64,000 nucleotides of DNA, from contig OZ240215.1 of assembly GCA_965197585.1 (NCBI GenBank), positions 1,632,001 through 1,696,000 of the forward strand. The letters are read 5' to 3'. A program made the translations under genes and the position numbers. Source of the stretch: Dehalococcoidia bacterium. Lineage in GTDB: Bacteria > Chloroflexota > Dehalococcoidia > Plut-88900. Positions 28,148 to 38,228 of this stretch are shown here, one piece after another. How positions within the stretch are numbered: the stretch's first letter is position 1; each line of letters opens with the position of its first letter. Under the pieces are notes generated by a model. It did not search any database. It was given only the letters and a program-made list of their open reading frames with translations, and was not told the DNA's origin.

Positions 28148-29353
28148 CTAAACTACGCTTTCTTGCCGCAGTTTCTCTATGCGCTCTTCGGAGTAGCCCA
28201 GCACGCCTGCCAGGACCTCATCTGTGTCCTGCCCCAATAGGGGTGCCGCTCTGTATTCAGTCGGGGAGTCCGACAGATTGATCGGGTTCCCGATCATCTT
28301 CCACTCCCCTCTCTGCGGGTGCTCCATGGTGGCTATCATCCCCCGCTCCTCGATGTGCGGGTCTTCGAACAGGTCCTTGGCGTTCAGAACCGCCCCAGCC
28401 ACGACCCCCTGGCTCGCGCACGTGTTCATAACCTCATACTTGGTGTGCTGTAGCGTCCAGTCCTCGACCATCTTGTCCACCTCTTCCTTCCGATTGAACC
28501 GGAGTTCCGAGGAGGTGTAGCGCTCGTCGCCGACGAGGTCTTCCCTGCCGATTATCCTGAGCAGGCTGTTCCACGAATCTGAGATGCTCTCGGTGGCGTA
28601 GACATAGCAGTAGTCATCGAGACCGCCGGGCTTGCACCGGTACATCCGGGAGGGCGCGGTGTTCCAACCGTCGTCTCCCTTTCTCATTATCATCTCGGGA
28701 TTGTGGTAGTACCACATCATCGCAACCCTGCCAAAGTTGAACACCGACTCCTGCATGGAAACCTCAACTACCTGCCCCTTCCCAGTCCGCTCCCTCTGAA
28801 GCAATGCCGCCACAACTCCCAGAGCCGCGTGGTAGCCCGTCCCAATATCCCCGATGGACGTTCCCATCGGTACAGGCGGCCCATCTTTGTATCCATTTGT
28901 GGCATACGACCCGCCCGTGCACTGCGCGATCATGTCGAAGCACTTGTAGCGACTGTAGGGCCCGTATGTCCCGAACCCCTTGACCCGCCCCAGCACTATC
29001 TTCGGATTCACCTCCGACAGCACATCGTATCCCAGTCCTAATCGCTCGAGGGTCCCGGGTCCCTGGTTCTCCGCCACTACGTCTGCATTTCTCACCAGTT
29101 CCAGGAACACAGCCTTCCCCTCCTCCGACTTCAAGTTCAGAGTGATGCTCCGCTTGTTGGAGTTCAGGATCAGAAAATAAGGACTGTCGATCCCGGCAAT
29201 GTCCTGCGGCGCTACCCGACCCGGATCCCCTCTCCCTGGGGCCTCCACCTTGATCACATCCGCCCCCAGCCAGGCCAGAGCCTGAGTAAAGGAAGTTCCG
29301 GCCTCCCACTGTGTCAAGTCGACCACCCTGTAGCCTTCCATTGCCTTTTCCAT
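28148..29353 (-). CDS. class III CoA-transferase (Frc/CaiB-BaiF)
   Basis: VVDLTQWEAG, LGADVIKVE, NSNKRSITLNLK, GDIGTG, APLLGQ; start moved to ATG 29353. Confidence 0.92.
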   Translation of the reverse strand: MEKAMEGYRVVDLTQWEAGTSFTQALAWLGADVIKVEAPGRGDPGRVAPQDIAGIDSPYFLILNSNKRSITLNLKSEEGKAVFLELVRNADVVAENQGPGTLERLGLGYDVLSEVNPKIVLGRVKGFGTYGPYSRYKCFDMIAQCTGGSYATNGYKDGPPVPMGTSIGDIGTGYHAALGVVAALLQRERTGKGQVVEVSMQESVFNFGRVAMMWYYHNPEMIMRKGDDGWNTAPSRMYRCKPGGLDDYCYVYATESISDSWNSLLRIIGREDLVGDERYTSSELRFNRKEEVDKMVEDWTLQHTKYEVMNTCASQGVVAGAVLNAKDLFEDPHIEERGMIATMEHPQRGEWKMIGNPINLSDSPTEYRAAPLLGQDTDEVLAGVLGYSEERIEKLRQESVV

Positions 29354-29529
29354 CTTTGTCCCCCTTTGCTTGGTTACCGGTGGTTGCAGAGCGTATATAA
29401 TCCCAACTGCGCCCCGGGTGAAACATCCGCCTGGCTGAAAGTCCGCCGTGGGCGGAGCGGGGCCGTTACATTCTACACCACCAAAAGACTGCGCCAAGGC
29501 CCTGCGCCCTGGCCCCTAGGGAGGAGAAC

Positions 29530-29964
29530 ATGGCAACAGACTTGAGCTTCGTTTGTATCGCCGTCCACGACCTTCAGGAAGCCTCCGACAGATTCTGCAA
29601 CCTCTTCGGCTTGGAGGTTATGCAGCTGCCCAACGACAACACTCAACTCGGCTACAGCAGCACCTACCTCGGCAACGGCTCCAAAGCCCTCATCGAGCTC
29701 ATCGAGCCCCTCGGCGAAGGCAGTGCCGTCGGCAAGTTCCTTGAAACCCGAGGCGAAGGTGTCTACCTAATCACCTTCGAGGTAGATGACATCCGCGACT
29801 CTGTAAAAAAGGTCCGCTCCCACGGCGGCCGTGTCACCGGCATCCCCGATGACGAAGAGCCCGGCCCCAACGCCGACTACCTATGGGTCCATCCCAAAGG
29901 CACCCACGGAGTCTTCGTGGAACTCCTGCAAAAAGGCTTCGGCCCCCTCCCCGGCGGAAGCTAA
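29530..29964 (+). CDS. VOC-family protein, methylmalonyl-CoA epimerase-like
   Basis: IELIEP, KFLETRGEG, HPKGTHGVFVEL; GGAGG SD; the usual first and third metal-binding His are not evident. Confidence 0.75.
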   Translation: MATDLSFVCIAVHDLQEASDRFCNLFGLEVMQLPNDNTQLGYSSTYLGNGSKALIELIEPLGEGSAVGKFLETRGEGVYLITFEVDDIRDSVKKVRSHGGRVTGIPDDEEPGPNADYLWVHPKGTHGVFVELLQKGFGPLPGGS

Positions 29965-30009
29965 CCCCACACTATCCCTATTGATCCTTTGCCCGCTCCC
30001 CCTCCCCCC

Positions 30010-30035
30010 GTAAGGGCGATTCGTGAATCGCCCTT
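30010..30035 (+). repeat. GTAG-type REP palindrome between convergent genes
   Basis: GTAAGGGCGATTCGTGAATCGCCCTT; same family as the IS1182 target. Confidence 0.75.
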
Positions 30036-30057
30036 CCCCTCGCCATCACACAGTTGT

Positions 30058-30879
30058 CTACCCAACACCCACCGTAGGCTGACAAACCGGACAAAAATAA
30101 GTCCCCCTCCCCCCGACCACCATCCTCTGTATCTCCCCGGAACACCCGGGACACGACGCCCCGCTCTTCCGAGGAACCAGGAATATCTTGTCTCCCAAAT
30201 CCTCCGTAGGGGGCGCATCTGCCGGGAGATTCTCCTGCAATATCTCAATGGCCCGCGTCAGTATCACTACTATCGAATCGTGAATCGCACCTATCGACTC
30301 CGCACCTAGCTTCTTCGCCGGTGTCTGAGGATGCACGCCTGACCTGAACAGAATGTCGTCCGCGTAGATGTTCCCAATCCCGGCAATCCGCTTCTGGTCC
30401 ATCAGCAGCGACTTTATCACCGTGCTCCGTCCCTCAACGATTCCCTCCAGCACTCCCGGAGTGAATGAGGGCTCCAGTGGCTCGGGCCCGAGCCCCCCGA
30501 CCACCGACTCCGCATCATCAACTAACCACACCGCCCCAAACTTGCGCGGGTCCACGAACCGTAGGTCGTACCCGTCTTCAAAGTGAAATACCGTCTGCGT
30601 ATACCGGTGCATCTCCTCCGAGGACTCTACAACCCGCAGCGAGCCCGTCATCCTCAAGTGCACTATCAGGGTGCGCGTATCCCTCAGTTGGAATAGAAAA
30701 TACTTCGCCCTCCGGCCCACGTCATCAATGGTCGCGCCTAGAATGTCCTCCCGGAACTCCCCAGCCGAAGGGGTCTTGACCGCCTTCGGCCAGTTCAGCG
30801 TCACCCCACCGACGGTACGGCCCCTTACTTCAGGCGCTATCACCCGACGCATCGCCTCAACGTCCGGTAATTCCGGCAT
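30058..30879 (-). CDS. mutM: formamidopyrimidine-DNA glycosylase
   Basis: MPELPDVE, RRAKY, HLRMTG, DPRKFG, GIGNIYAD, C-terminal Zn finger. Confidence 0.96.
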   Translation of the reverse strand: MPELPDVEAMRRVIAPEVRGRTVGGVTLNWPKAVKTPSAGEFREDILGATIDDVGRRAKYFLFQLRDTRTLIVHLRMTGSLRVVESSEEMHRYTQTVFHFEDGYDLRFVDPRKFGAVWLVDDAESVVGGLGPEPLEPSFTPGVLEGIVEGRSTVIKSLLMDQKRIAGIGNIYADDILFRSGVHPQTPAKKLGAESIGAIHDSIVVILTRAIEILQENLPADAPPTEDLGDKIFLVPRKSGASCPGCSGEIQRMVVGGRGTYFCPVCQPTVGVG

Positions 30880-30882
30880 CGG

Positions 30883-33621
30883 TTACGCCATGTCTCCCCA
30901 GTTGGGGCCCATCTTTACATCCACGTTCAGGGGTACGCTCAACTCCAGCGCCGAAGACATGACCTCTCTCGCCAGCCCAGCCATCTCCTCCACTTCATCC
31001 GACGGCGTCTCGAAGATTAGCTCGTCGTGGACCTGAAGAAGCATCCTGCTCCTCATATGGGCCTCGTCCATCCGGTTCTGCATCCCGATCATCGCCAGCT
31101 TCGTTATCTCCGCCGACGTGCCCTGGATGGGCATGTTGATAGCCATCCTCTCGGCAGCCATCCTAACGTTGTGGTTCCTCGAGTTTAACTCCGGGAAGTG
31201 CCGCCGCCGACCCAGCACCGTCTGCACGTACCCCTGCGCCCGAGCCTTGTGCTTCGTCACCTCCATGTACTCCTTGACTCCCGGGTACCGCTCAAAATAC
31301 TGGTTTATGAAGGTCTGGGCCTCTTCGTTGGAAAGCTCCGTCCAGGACGCCAGCCCGAACCCGCTGATCCCATAGATGATCCCGAAGTTTATCGTCTTAG
31401 CAATCCGGCGCATTTCCGATGTGACCTCGTCCATCGGGACACCATATACAAATGAAGCAGTTGCAGCGTGAATGTCCGCCCCGTCATGGAATGCCTTTAT
31501 CAGGCTCGGGTCCTCCGATATATGCGCCAGCACCCGTAGGTCTATCTGCGAATAGTCCGCCGCCAGCAATACCCAGTCCGGGTGGTCCTGCGCAATGAAC
31601 GCATGCCGCACCTGGCCGCCCAGTTCCGTGCGAATCGGTATGTTCTGCAGGTTCGGATCGTTGCTCGACACCCGACCCGTCACAGTCCCCGTCTGGTTGA
31701 ACGTCGTGTGCACCCGACCCGTGTTCGGGTTCACCAGCGACGGCAAAGCATCCAGATATGTCGATTTGAGCTTAGATATCTGCCGGAACTCGAGCATCTT
31801 TTCCACCATCGGATGCGCGCCCCTCAGTCCTTCCAACACCCGTGCATCCGTCGAGAACCCGCTCTTGGTCCGCTTGGCGCTCGGCAGCGACAGCTCTTTG
31901 AACAGTACGTCACCAAGCTGCTTCGGCGAATTAATGTTGAACCGGTGCCCGACGTCGTCATAGATCCCCCCCTCCAGCACCGCCATCCGCTCCCCCAACT
32001 CCAGGGACAACCCCTCCAGTAGTTTCCCGTCCAGTGCAATCCCCGCACGTTGCATCCGCACAATGATAGGAACGAGGGGCAGCTCCACGTCGTCCATGAT
32101 TTCCCATCGCCCCTCCTCCCGCAGCTCCCTCTCGATCATCATGGATAGGCGCAGGGTAATATCCGCGTCCGCCGCCGCGTACGGGCTCGCCGACTCCACG
32201 CTCACCTTGTCCATCGTGATCTGCTTTGATCCTGTGCCGATCAGCTCCGTGATCGGCATCATCTCAATCCCCAGCCTGTCGAAGGAAAGCCCCTTCAGTC
32301 CCAATGACTTCTCCCCGATCAGGAAGGCTGCAATCATGCTGTCGTTGGCCAGACCCCGCACCTCTATCCCGTAATTAGCCAGGATCATCATGTCGTAGTT
32401 GGCATTGTGGGCTGTCTTGGGCAGCGACTCGTCCTCGAACAGAGGCCGTAGCCTTTCTATTACCAGCTCTCTAGGCAATTGCAGCCCCGAGTTGTGCCCC
32501 ACCGGAATGTAGTACGACACTCCGGGCCTCGCCGATATCGAAATCCCCACCAAGCCCGCCATCATCGCGTTCAGGCTGGTCGTCTCAGTATCGAAAGCGA
32601 AGTATCCCGCCTCCCGAACCTCCGCAATCATCGCCTCAAGGGCGCCTTCGTCCCGTACCGTGTGGTACTCGACAGCCCCACCCCCCGAGACCTTCTCCTC
32701 GGCCTCTTCACCACTCTCCCTATCCCCACCCGGCAGCCGAGGCAGCAAACTGGAAAATTCCAGCTCCCTGAACAGTCCCACCACCGCCTCCCGGTTAAAC
32801 GCCGCCCTTGCACAAGCTGGAAGGTCAAGGTCCAAAGGCACCTGCACTATAATCCTGGCCAGGTCCACCGACAGCCTCGCCTGGGATTCGTGCTCTTTCA
32901 GTAAACCTTGAATCCGCGGCGGCTTCACCTCTTCTACATGCTTGTATATATCCTCTATCCCCCCGAACTGCTGCACCAGCTTCGCCGCCGTCTTCGCCCC
33001 GATCCCCGGCACCCCAGGTATGTTGTCCGACGTGTCCCCCATCAGCCCCTTTAGGTCTGGGATCAGGACAGGAGGCACACCGTACCTCTCCACAACCTTC
33101 TTCTCGTCGTAGAACACGGTCTCCTTGAACATCCCTCTGGGTATTAGAGCCTTCACGTACGGATTGATAAGCTGGACGATGTCCGTGTCCCCCGTGAGGA
33201 TTACCGTATCAATCCCCTGCTCCGACGCCTGCTTCGACAGAGTCCCGAGAATGTCGTCCCCCTCATAGCCATCCATCTCGTAGGCGGGAATCCCAAAGGC
33301 CGCAATGAGTTCCCGGGTTCGCCTGAACTGCGCTCTCAGTTCATCCGGCGTCGACGCCCGCTGCGCCTTGTATTCCTCATATTGCAGGTGTCTGAACGTG
33401 GGCGTCGGCCTGTCGAATACGATCGCGCAGTGAGTCGGGTCTATCTCGTCGAGAGCCTTCAGCAATGCGCTGGTGAACCCATACACCGCCCCGATAGGTT
33501 CCCCTGTCTTATTCACGGTGAGAGGCGGCAACGCATGAAACGCCCGATGAATCAGCGCATGCCCATCCATCAACAGAAAAAGCGGTTTCCGCTCCAGCAT
33601 AGAAGCCTGTTGGTTCGCCAT
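30883..33621 (-). CDS. polA: DNA polymerase I
   Basis: 5'-3' exonuclease (HRAFHA, GDTSDNIPGVPGIG), DTET 3'-5' exonuclease, NLQNIP, DYSQ, QVHDEL. Confidence 0.98.
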   Translation of the reverse strand: MANQQASMLERKPLFLLMDGHALIHRAFHALPPLTVNKTGEPIGAVYGFTSALLKALDEIDPTHCAIVFDRPTPTFRHLQYEEYKAQRASTPDELRAQFRRTRELIAAFGIPAYEMDGYEGDDILGTLSKQASEQGIDTVILTGDTDIVQLINPYVKALIPRGMFKETVFYDEKKVVERYGVPPVLIPDLKGLMGDTSDNIPGVPGIGAKTAAKLVQQFGGIEDIYKHVEEVKPPRIQGLLKEHESQARLSVDLARIIVQVPLDLDLPACARAAFNREAVVGLFRELEFSSLLPRLPGGDRESGEEAEEKVSGGGAVEYHTVRDEGALEAMIAEVREAGYFAFDTETTSLNAMMAGLVGISISARPGVSYYIPVGHNSGLQLPRELVIERLRPLFEDESLPKTAHNANYDMMILANYGIEVRGLANDSMIAAFLIGEKSLGLKGLSFDRLGIEMMPITELIGTGSKQITMDKVSVESASPYAAADADITLRLSMMIERELREEGRWEIMDDVELPLVPIIVRMQRAGIALDGKLLEGLSLELGERMAVLEGGIYDDVGHRFNINSPKQLGDVLFKELSLPSAKRTKSGFSTDARVLEGLRGAHPMVEKMLEFRQISKLKSTYLDALPSLVNPNTGRVHTTFNQTGTVTGRVSSNDPNLQNIPIRTELGGQVRHAFIAQDHPDWVLLAADYSQIDLRVLAHISEDPSLIKAFHDGADIHAATASFVYGVPMDEVTSEMRRIAKTINFGIIYGISGFGLASWTELSNEEAQTFINQYFERYPGVKEYMEVTKHKARAQGYVQTVLGRRRHFPELNSRNHNVRMAAERMAINMPIQGTSAEITKLAMIGMQNRMDEAHMRSRMLLQVHDELIFETPSDEVEEMAGLAREVMSSALELSVPLNVDVKMGPNWGDMA

Positions 33622-33633
33622 GGTCTTTTTCCT

Positions 33634-33679
33634 CCCCTCTCCCTTGAGGGGAGAGGGCTAGGGTGAGGGTGAGGGTGAA
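33634..33679 (+). repeat. family-C hairpin repeat
   Basis: CCCCTCTCCCTTGAGGGGAGAGGGCTAGGGTGAGGGTGAGGGTGAA (one extra GAGGGT unit). Confidence 0.88.
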
Positions 33680-33772
33680 TCCTGTCCCCCAAATCACCCC
33701 GATTATAGCACCCCACCCCCCACACCCTTCCTGCTAATATACGCCCATCATCCGCTTCAATGGGAGGCATTC

Positions 33773-34708
33773 ATGGCCCTGCGTATAGGCATGCACACCG
33801 GCGTCCAGGACGTTAGCTACCCCGACCTCCGCAAGCTCTGGCAAGTCGCCGACTCCAATGGTTTTTACTGGGTCTCCGTCTGGGATCACTTCTACGAAAA
33901 TCCCACCCAAGACGGCAAAAGCCCTTGCTTCGAGGCTACGACCACAATGGCTGCCATTGCAGCGGAAACCGAAAATGTACGCATCGGCTGCCTCGTCATG
34001 GCCATCGGCTACCGAAATCCTGCTCTCCTCGCCAAGGCAACCGTCACCATCGACCATATCAGCAACGGACGCGTTGAAATGGGGATCGGTGGCGGCTGGT
34101 ACGAGATGGAGTTCCTCGCCTACGGCTACCCGTACCCCCCAATAAAGACCCGACTCGACCAACTCGAAGAGGGTGCCCAGATCATTCGCTCCATGCTCCA
34201 CAACGAGTCCACGACCTTCCAAGGCGAGCACTACTCCGTCGATAACGCCTACCTCTTCCCCCGCCCCATCCAGGCCTCTCCCCGACTCTGGATCGGCGGC
34301 CTCGGTGAAAAGCGCACCTTGCGCATTACCGCTAAGTACGCCGATGGCTGGAACGCCGCCTACGTCCCCCCCGAGATGTTCGCCGCCAAGTCCCAGATCC
34401 TCGACGGCTGGTGCGATAAAGAAGGCCGGGACCCGGCCTCAATCACCCGCAGCGTCAACTTAGGCTTCTACATGGGAACCGACGAAGCTGACGCCCGAAA
34501 GAAACACGACGATATTGAAAGCGCCTGGGGTGGCGACCCCACCTACAAGCCTGGCGGCATGCTCTTCGGCACCTCGGCTCAGGTCATGGACCGCATCGGG
34601 GAGTACGTCGACATCGGCGTCACAGACCTCAACATCGCCTTCCGCGCCCCCTTCGACTTCGACGCTGTCCAGTCCTTCATCGAAGACGTAATGCCAGCCT
34701 TCAAATAG
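33773..34708 (+). CDS. LLM-class (probably F420-dependent) oxidoreductase
   Basis: WDHF, RNPALLAK, DHISNGR, GIGGGW, WIGG, ADGWN. Confidence 0.9.
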   Translation: MALRIGMHTGVQDVSYPDLRKLWQVADSNGFYWVSVWDHFYENPTQDGKSPCFEATTTMAAIAAETENVRIGCLVMAIGYRNPALLAKATVTIDHISNGRVEMGIGGGWYEMEFLAYGYPYPPIKTRLDQLEEGAQIIRSMLHNESTTFQGEHYSVDNAYLFPRPIQASPRLWIGGLGEKRTLRITAKYADGWNAAYVPPEMFAAKSQILDGWCDKEGRDPASITRSVNLGFYMGTDEADARKKHDDIESAWGGDPTYKPGGMLFGTSAQVMDRIGEYVDIGVTDLNIAFRAPFDFDAVQSFIEDVMPAFK

Positions 34709-34716
34709 AATCCACT

Positions 34717-34852
34717 GTCATTCCGAGGCCCCGCGAGGAATCTGGGGCGGGGTGGGACTCCGCTTAGTCCCTGGGTGGTGGGCAATCCTACCCTCTCTCC
34801 CTCGACGGGAGAGGGCTGGGGCCGTAGGCTCGCTGAGGAGAGTGAGGGTGAA
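34717..34852 (+). repeat. composite repeat: family B (34717-34742) + linker + family C with 21-nt insert (34791-34852)
   Basis: Same B-TGGGGCGGGG-C layout as 13385; insert CCGTAGGCTCGCTGAGGAGAG at 34822-34842. Confidence 0.88.
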
Positions 34853-34855
34853 TCC

Positions 34856-35335
34856 CTACCTCAGCCGCTTCATCAACGCCTTGCCCACGTGCGCCGGCAC
34901 AAAAGAGTCCGGGTCTCCACCAAGCTTCACTACCTCTTTCAACAGGGAAGAGCTTAGGAACTGGTGCTCCAGGCTGCTCATAAACGTCACCAGCTCAATG
35001 TCCGGGGCCAGCTTCTTGTTCATCAACGCCATCTCGAACTCACGCTCGAAGTCCGAGTTCATCCGAAGCCCTCGTATCATCACCTTGGCATTGATCTCCC
35101 GGGCGTAGTCCACGGTCAGCCCCGTATACTCAACCGCCCTGATGTTCGGGAAGCCTTCCAGCGAGTCATTGATCAGGGCTATACGTTCCTCGGTATTGAA
35201 TAGCAGCCTCTTGTTGTCTGGTGTGGAGTAAACCGCTATTACAACCTCGTCGAACACTAAGGAGGCCCTCTTTGCGATGTCCAGGTGACCGTTGGTTACG
35301 GGATCGAAGCTCCCGGGGTATAGGGCGGTGGTCAA
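34856..35335 (-). CDS. coaD: phosphopantetheine adenylyltransferase
   Basis: YPGSFDPVTNGHLDI, IRGLR, SSSLLKE. Confidence 0.97.
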   Translation of the reverse strand: MTTALYPGSFDPVTNGHLDIAKRASLVFDEVVIAVYSTPDNKRLLFNTEERIALINDSLEGFPNIRAVEYTGLTVDYAREINAKVMIRGLRMNSDFEREFEMALMNKKLAPDIELVTFMSSLEHQFLSSSLLKEVVKLGGDPDSFVPAHVGKALMKRLR

Positions 35336-35886
35336 AGACTTCCCTCCACTCGAAAGATGCTCAACATTGTATCACCGTACGTCTTCTCTTTTTCCAGCAC
35401 GAAATTCCCGTACCGTTCCTTGATAGGCCGACGCTTGGAGTGCTCAACAATTAGCAGTCCTTCCGGACTGCATAAGCCTTTCTCACCTATCAGCCCCAGG
35501 ACCCGATCAACCGGCTCATCAGCATACGGAGGGTCCATGAATATCAAGTCGTACTCCCCCGAGAGTGTTCCCACCGCTTTCTCCGCATCCAGCACATGCA
35601 CCCGACCCCGGTCACTTAACCCCGTGGCCTTAAGGTTATCTCCTATAGTTCGAGCCAACCCCCGGTCCCGCTCCACGAAGTCCACCCACCCCGCCCCCCG
35701 GCTCAACGCCTCGATCCCGATCGCCCCTGTGCCTGCATACAGGTCCAGCACCCGCCTCAACTCCACACCCGCCGCATCCAGCATAGAGAACAGCGCCCCT
35801 CGAACCCGTTCAGAGCTGGGCCGCAGCCCCGCATTCGCCGGAGCCTTCAACCTCCGCCCCTTTGCCTCACCAGCAATAACCCGCAT
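35332..35886 (-). CDS. rsmD: 16S rRNA m2G966 methyltransferase
   Basis: MRVIAGEAKGRRL, LDLYAGTG, DPPY, YGDT; TAGAAT 6 nt upstream of ATG. Confidence 0.95.
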   Translation of the reverse strand: MRVIAGEAKGRRLKAPANAGLRPSSERVRGALFSMLDAAGVELRRVLDLYAGTGAIGIEALSRGAGWVDFVERDRGLARTIGDNLKATGLSDRGRVHVLDAEKAVGTLSGEYDLIFMDPPYADEPVDRVLGLIGEKGLCSPEGLLIVEHSKRRPIKERYGNFVLEKEKTYGDTMLSIFRVEGSL

Positions 35887-35991
35887 TCCAGGATTCTAAG
35901 TCCCCCCCACCCAACCCGCAACGCTCTACCTCTTCCCCGTCACCACGAGCCTCCTCCCCAACCCCCTCACCCCGACGCTCCTCCGCCCATT

Positions 35992-36017
35992 GTCATCCCG
36001 AGGCTCCGCGAGGGATC
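35992..36017 (+). repeat. family-B repeat with compensatory stem change
   Basis: GTCATCCCGAGGCTCCGCGAGGGATC (ATCCC/GGGAT in place of ATTCC/GGAAT). Confidence 0.85.
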
Positions 36018-36090
36018 TAGGATTTTCCCACTCACCTCCCACTACATCCCAGCCCCTCCGTCCTCCTCCACCCAATCTCCATGTTTGATT

Positions 36091-36145
36091 CCGCTCATCC
36101 TGAGCGTGCTGAAAGTCCGCCATGGCGGATCGAAGGGTCGAGCGG
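36091..36145 (+). repeat. free hairpin-A repeat with ~21-nt insert
   Basis: CCGCTCATCCTGAGCGTG-[CTGAAAGTCCGCCATGGCGGA]-TCGAAGGGTCGAGCGG. Confidence 0.7.
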
Positions 36146-36445
36146 ATACACACACCCATCTTAATAACCATACCTCCCCATAGGGACCGCCATCGTTGTC
36201 ACACTGCCCCCCTATGACATCAACCCCTTGCCCCTCCCCACCCTCCCTATAATGTCCCATGACCAAGGCTCACCCTGCGAAAAGCCTTCATTACAACAAG
36301 CCGCAACCCCCTCACCACCCAAATCCTCCGACTCGACAAACAATCAATAATCATGCCTGCGCCCCGCAAACAATCATATGCAAAGCCGTTTCCCTTTGAT
36401 TGTAATATGTCAACTAACTCGCATTTCCCGAACGAAAACACCATC

Positions 36446-36474
36446 TTGTCTCTTCCAGGCCTCGATGATAAAAT
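36446..36474 (+). promoter_or_regulatory. sigma70 promoter of the sdh operon
   Basis: TTGTCT-N17-TAAAAT with extended TG. Confidence 0.55.
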
Positions 36475-36509
36475 CACCCCCGACCCGACCCCCCAATACA
36501 GGTCATCAC

Positions 36510-38207
36510 TTGCCACAACACGACGTACTAGTTATAGGCGCGGGACTCGCCGGTATGAGGGCAGCTCTTGAGGCCCACCGACACGGCGCTAACGTAGCCG
36601 TTGTTTCCAAAGTTCACCCCGTCCGTAGCCACTCCAATGCCGCCCAGGGCGGTATCAACGCGGCCATGCCCGAAGAGGGCCGAGAAGACGACTGGGAGTC
36701 CCACGCCTTCGACACCGTCAAAGGCTCCGACTACCTTGGTGACCAGGACGCCATCGAGATCATGGCCCGGGAAGCCCCGAGCGACATCATTGAGCTCGAG
36801 CATATGGGCGTGATCTTCAACCGCGACGAGCGAGGCAGACTTGGCGCCCGAAGCTTCGGCGGCGCATCCTTCGCCAGGACTTTCTTCGTTGCCGACATCA
36901 CCGGCCAGGCCATCCTTCACGTCATGTACGAACAGCTCATGAAGGCCGGCATCTTCGTCTACGAAGAGTGGTTCGTCACTTCCCTGATCATGCTCGACGG
37001 AGTCTGTAAGGGTGCGGTGGCCATGGACATGCTCTCGGGCAGGATCGAGCCCATCCAGGCAAAGGCCGTGATAATGGCCAGTGGCGGCCTGGGCCGGGTC
37101 TATGAGCCCTCCACCAACGCCATGATCTGCACCGGAGACGGCATTGCCCTTGCCTACAACGCCGGCGCTCCCCTCATGGACATGGAGATGGTCCAGTACC
37201 ACCCCACCACCCTCCCCTCCAACGGCGCCCTCCTCTCCGAGGCCGCCCGAGGTGAAGGCGCTTATCTCATCAACTCCGAGGGCGAGCGCTTCATGGGCAA
37301 CTCCCGCAACCCCTACTACGCCCCCAACAAGATGGAGCTTGCCTCCCGGGACGTCGTCTCCCGAGCAGAACGTGTGGAAATCGATGCAGGCCGTGGCGTC
37401 GATGGCGCAATCCTCCTCGATTGCCGACACCTCGGTAAGCAAAAAATCCTCGAACGTCTATCCCAGATCCGGGAGCTTGGCGTCCAGTTCTCAGGAGTCG
37501 ACATCGCTGAGGAGCCCATCCGCATCGTGCCCGGAATGCACTACCAGATGGGGGGCATCAAGACCGACCTCAACGGCGCAACATCCATCCCGGGTCTCTA
37601 CGCCGCGGGCGAATGCGCCTGCATCAGCCTCCACGGAGGCAACCGGCTCGGGGCCAACTCCCTGCTGGAAACCGTCGTCTTTGGCAGACGCTCCGGCCTC
37701 ACCTCCGCCGAATACGCCTCCTCCCTTAGCCAGCCCATCCTTTCCAACGCCATCAAGTCCGATGAAGAGGCCCGTATCGAGGCTTTACTCAAGCGGGATG
37801 CCAACAGCGACCCGCCCGCCGCGATTCGACTCGCAATGGGCCAGTCCATGCACACGAACGTAGCTGTCTTCCGCGACGCCGACGGCCTTAAAAAGTCCCA
37901 GGAGACCCTCGTCCAGCTCAAGGAGCGCTACGCCAAGGCCTCGATCAACGACAAAGGAAAAGTCTTCAACTACAACCTGCTATCCTACCTCGAGTTGGGG
38001 TTTATGCTCGATTGCGCCGAGACCATCGTCGCCGGCGCAATCGTTCGCAAGGAGAGCCGCGGTGCCCACACCCGCACCGACTACCCCGAGCGAGACGACA
38101 AAAACTGGCTCCAACATACCCTTGTCACCCTTCAGGGGGGCGAACCTCGTATCGACTATGCACCCGTTACTATTACTAGATGGCAGCCCCAGGCCCGAAC
38201 TTACTAG
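36510..38207 (+). CDS. sdhA: succinate dehydrogenase/fumarate reductase flavoprotein
   Basis: [46 protein letters not shown]; start moved to TTG 36510. Confidence 0.95.
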   Translation: MPQHDVLVIGAGLAGMRAALEAHRHGANVAVVSKVHPVRSHSNAAQGGINAAMPEEGREDDWESHAFDTVKGSDYLGDQDAIEIMAREAPSDIIELEHMGVIFNRDERGRLGARSFGGASFARTFFVADITGQAILHVMYEQLMKAGIFVYEEWFVTSLIMLDGVCKGAVAMDMLSGRIEPIQAKAVIMASGGLGRVYEPSTNAMICTGDGIALAYNAGAPLMDMEMVQYHPTTLPSNGALLSEAARGEGAYLINSEGERFMGNSRNPYYAPNKMELASRDVVSRAERVEIDAGRGVDGAILLDCRHLGKQKILERLSQIRELGVQFSGVDIAEEPIRIVPGMHYQMGGIKTDLNGATSIPGLYAAGECACISLHGGNRLGANSLLETVVFGRRSGLTSAEYASSLSQPILSNAIKSDEEARIEALLKRDANSDPPAAIRLAMGQSMHTNVAVFRDADGLKKSQETLVQLKERYAKASINDKGKVFNYNLLSYLELGFMLDCAETIVAGAIVRKESRGAHTRTDYPERDDKNWLQHTLVTLQGGEPRIDYAPVTITRWQPQARTY

Positions 38208-38228
38208 CCGGCTGGAACGCGAGGGAAG

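Noticed and set aside
36378-36509. ORF-track N-terminal extensions (sdhA 36378, cdsA 455, CoA-transferase 29497, carboxylase 54200, pccB-like 55582, herA 61171)
   Set aside because: They run through promoters, repeats or neighbouring genes; family homology begins at downstream starts.
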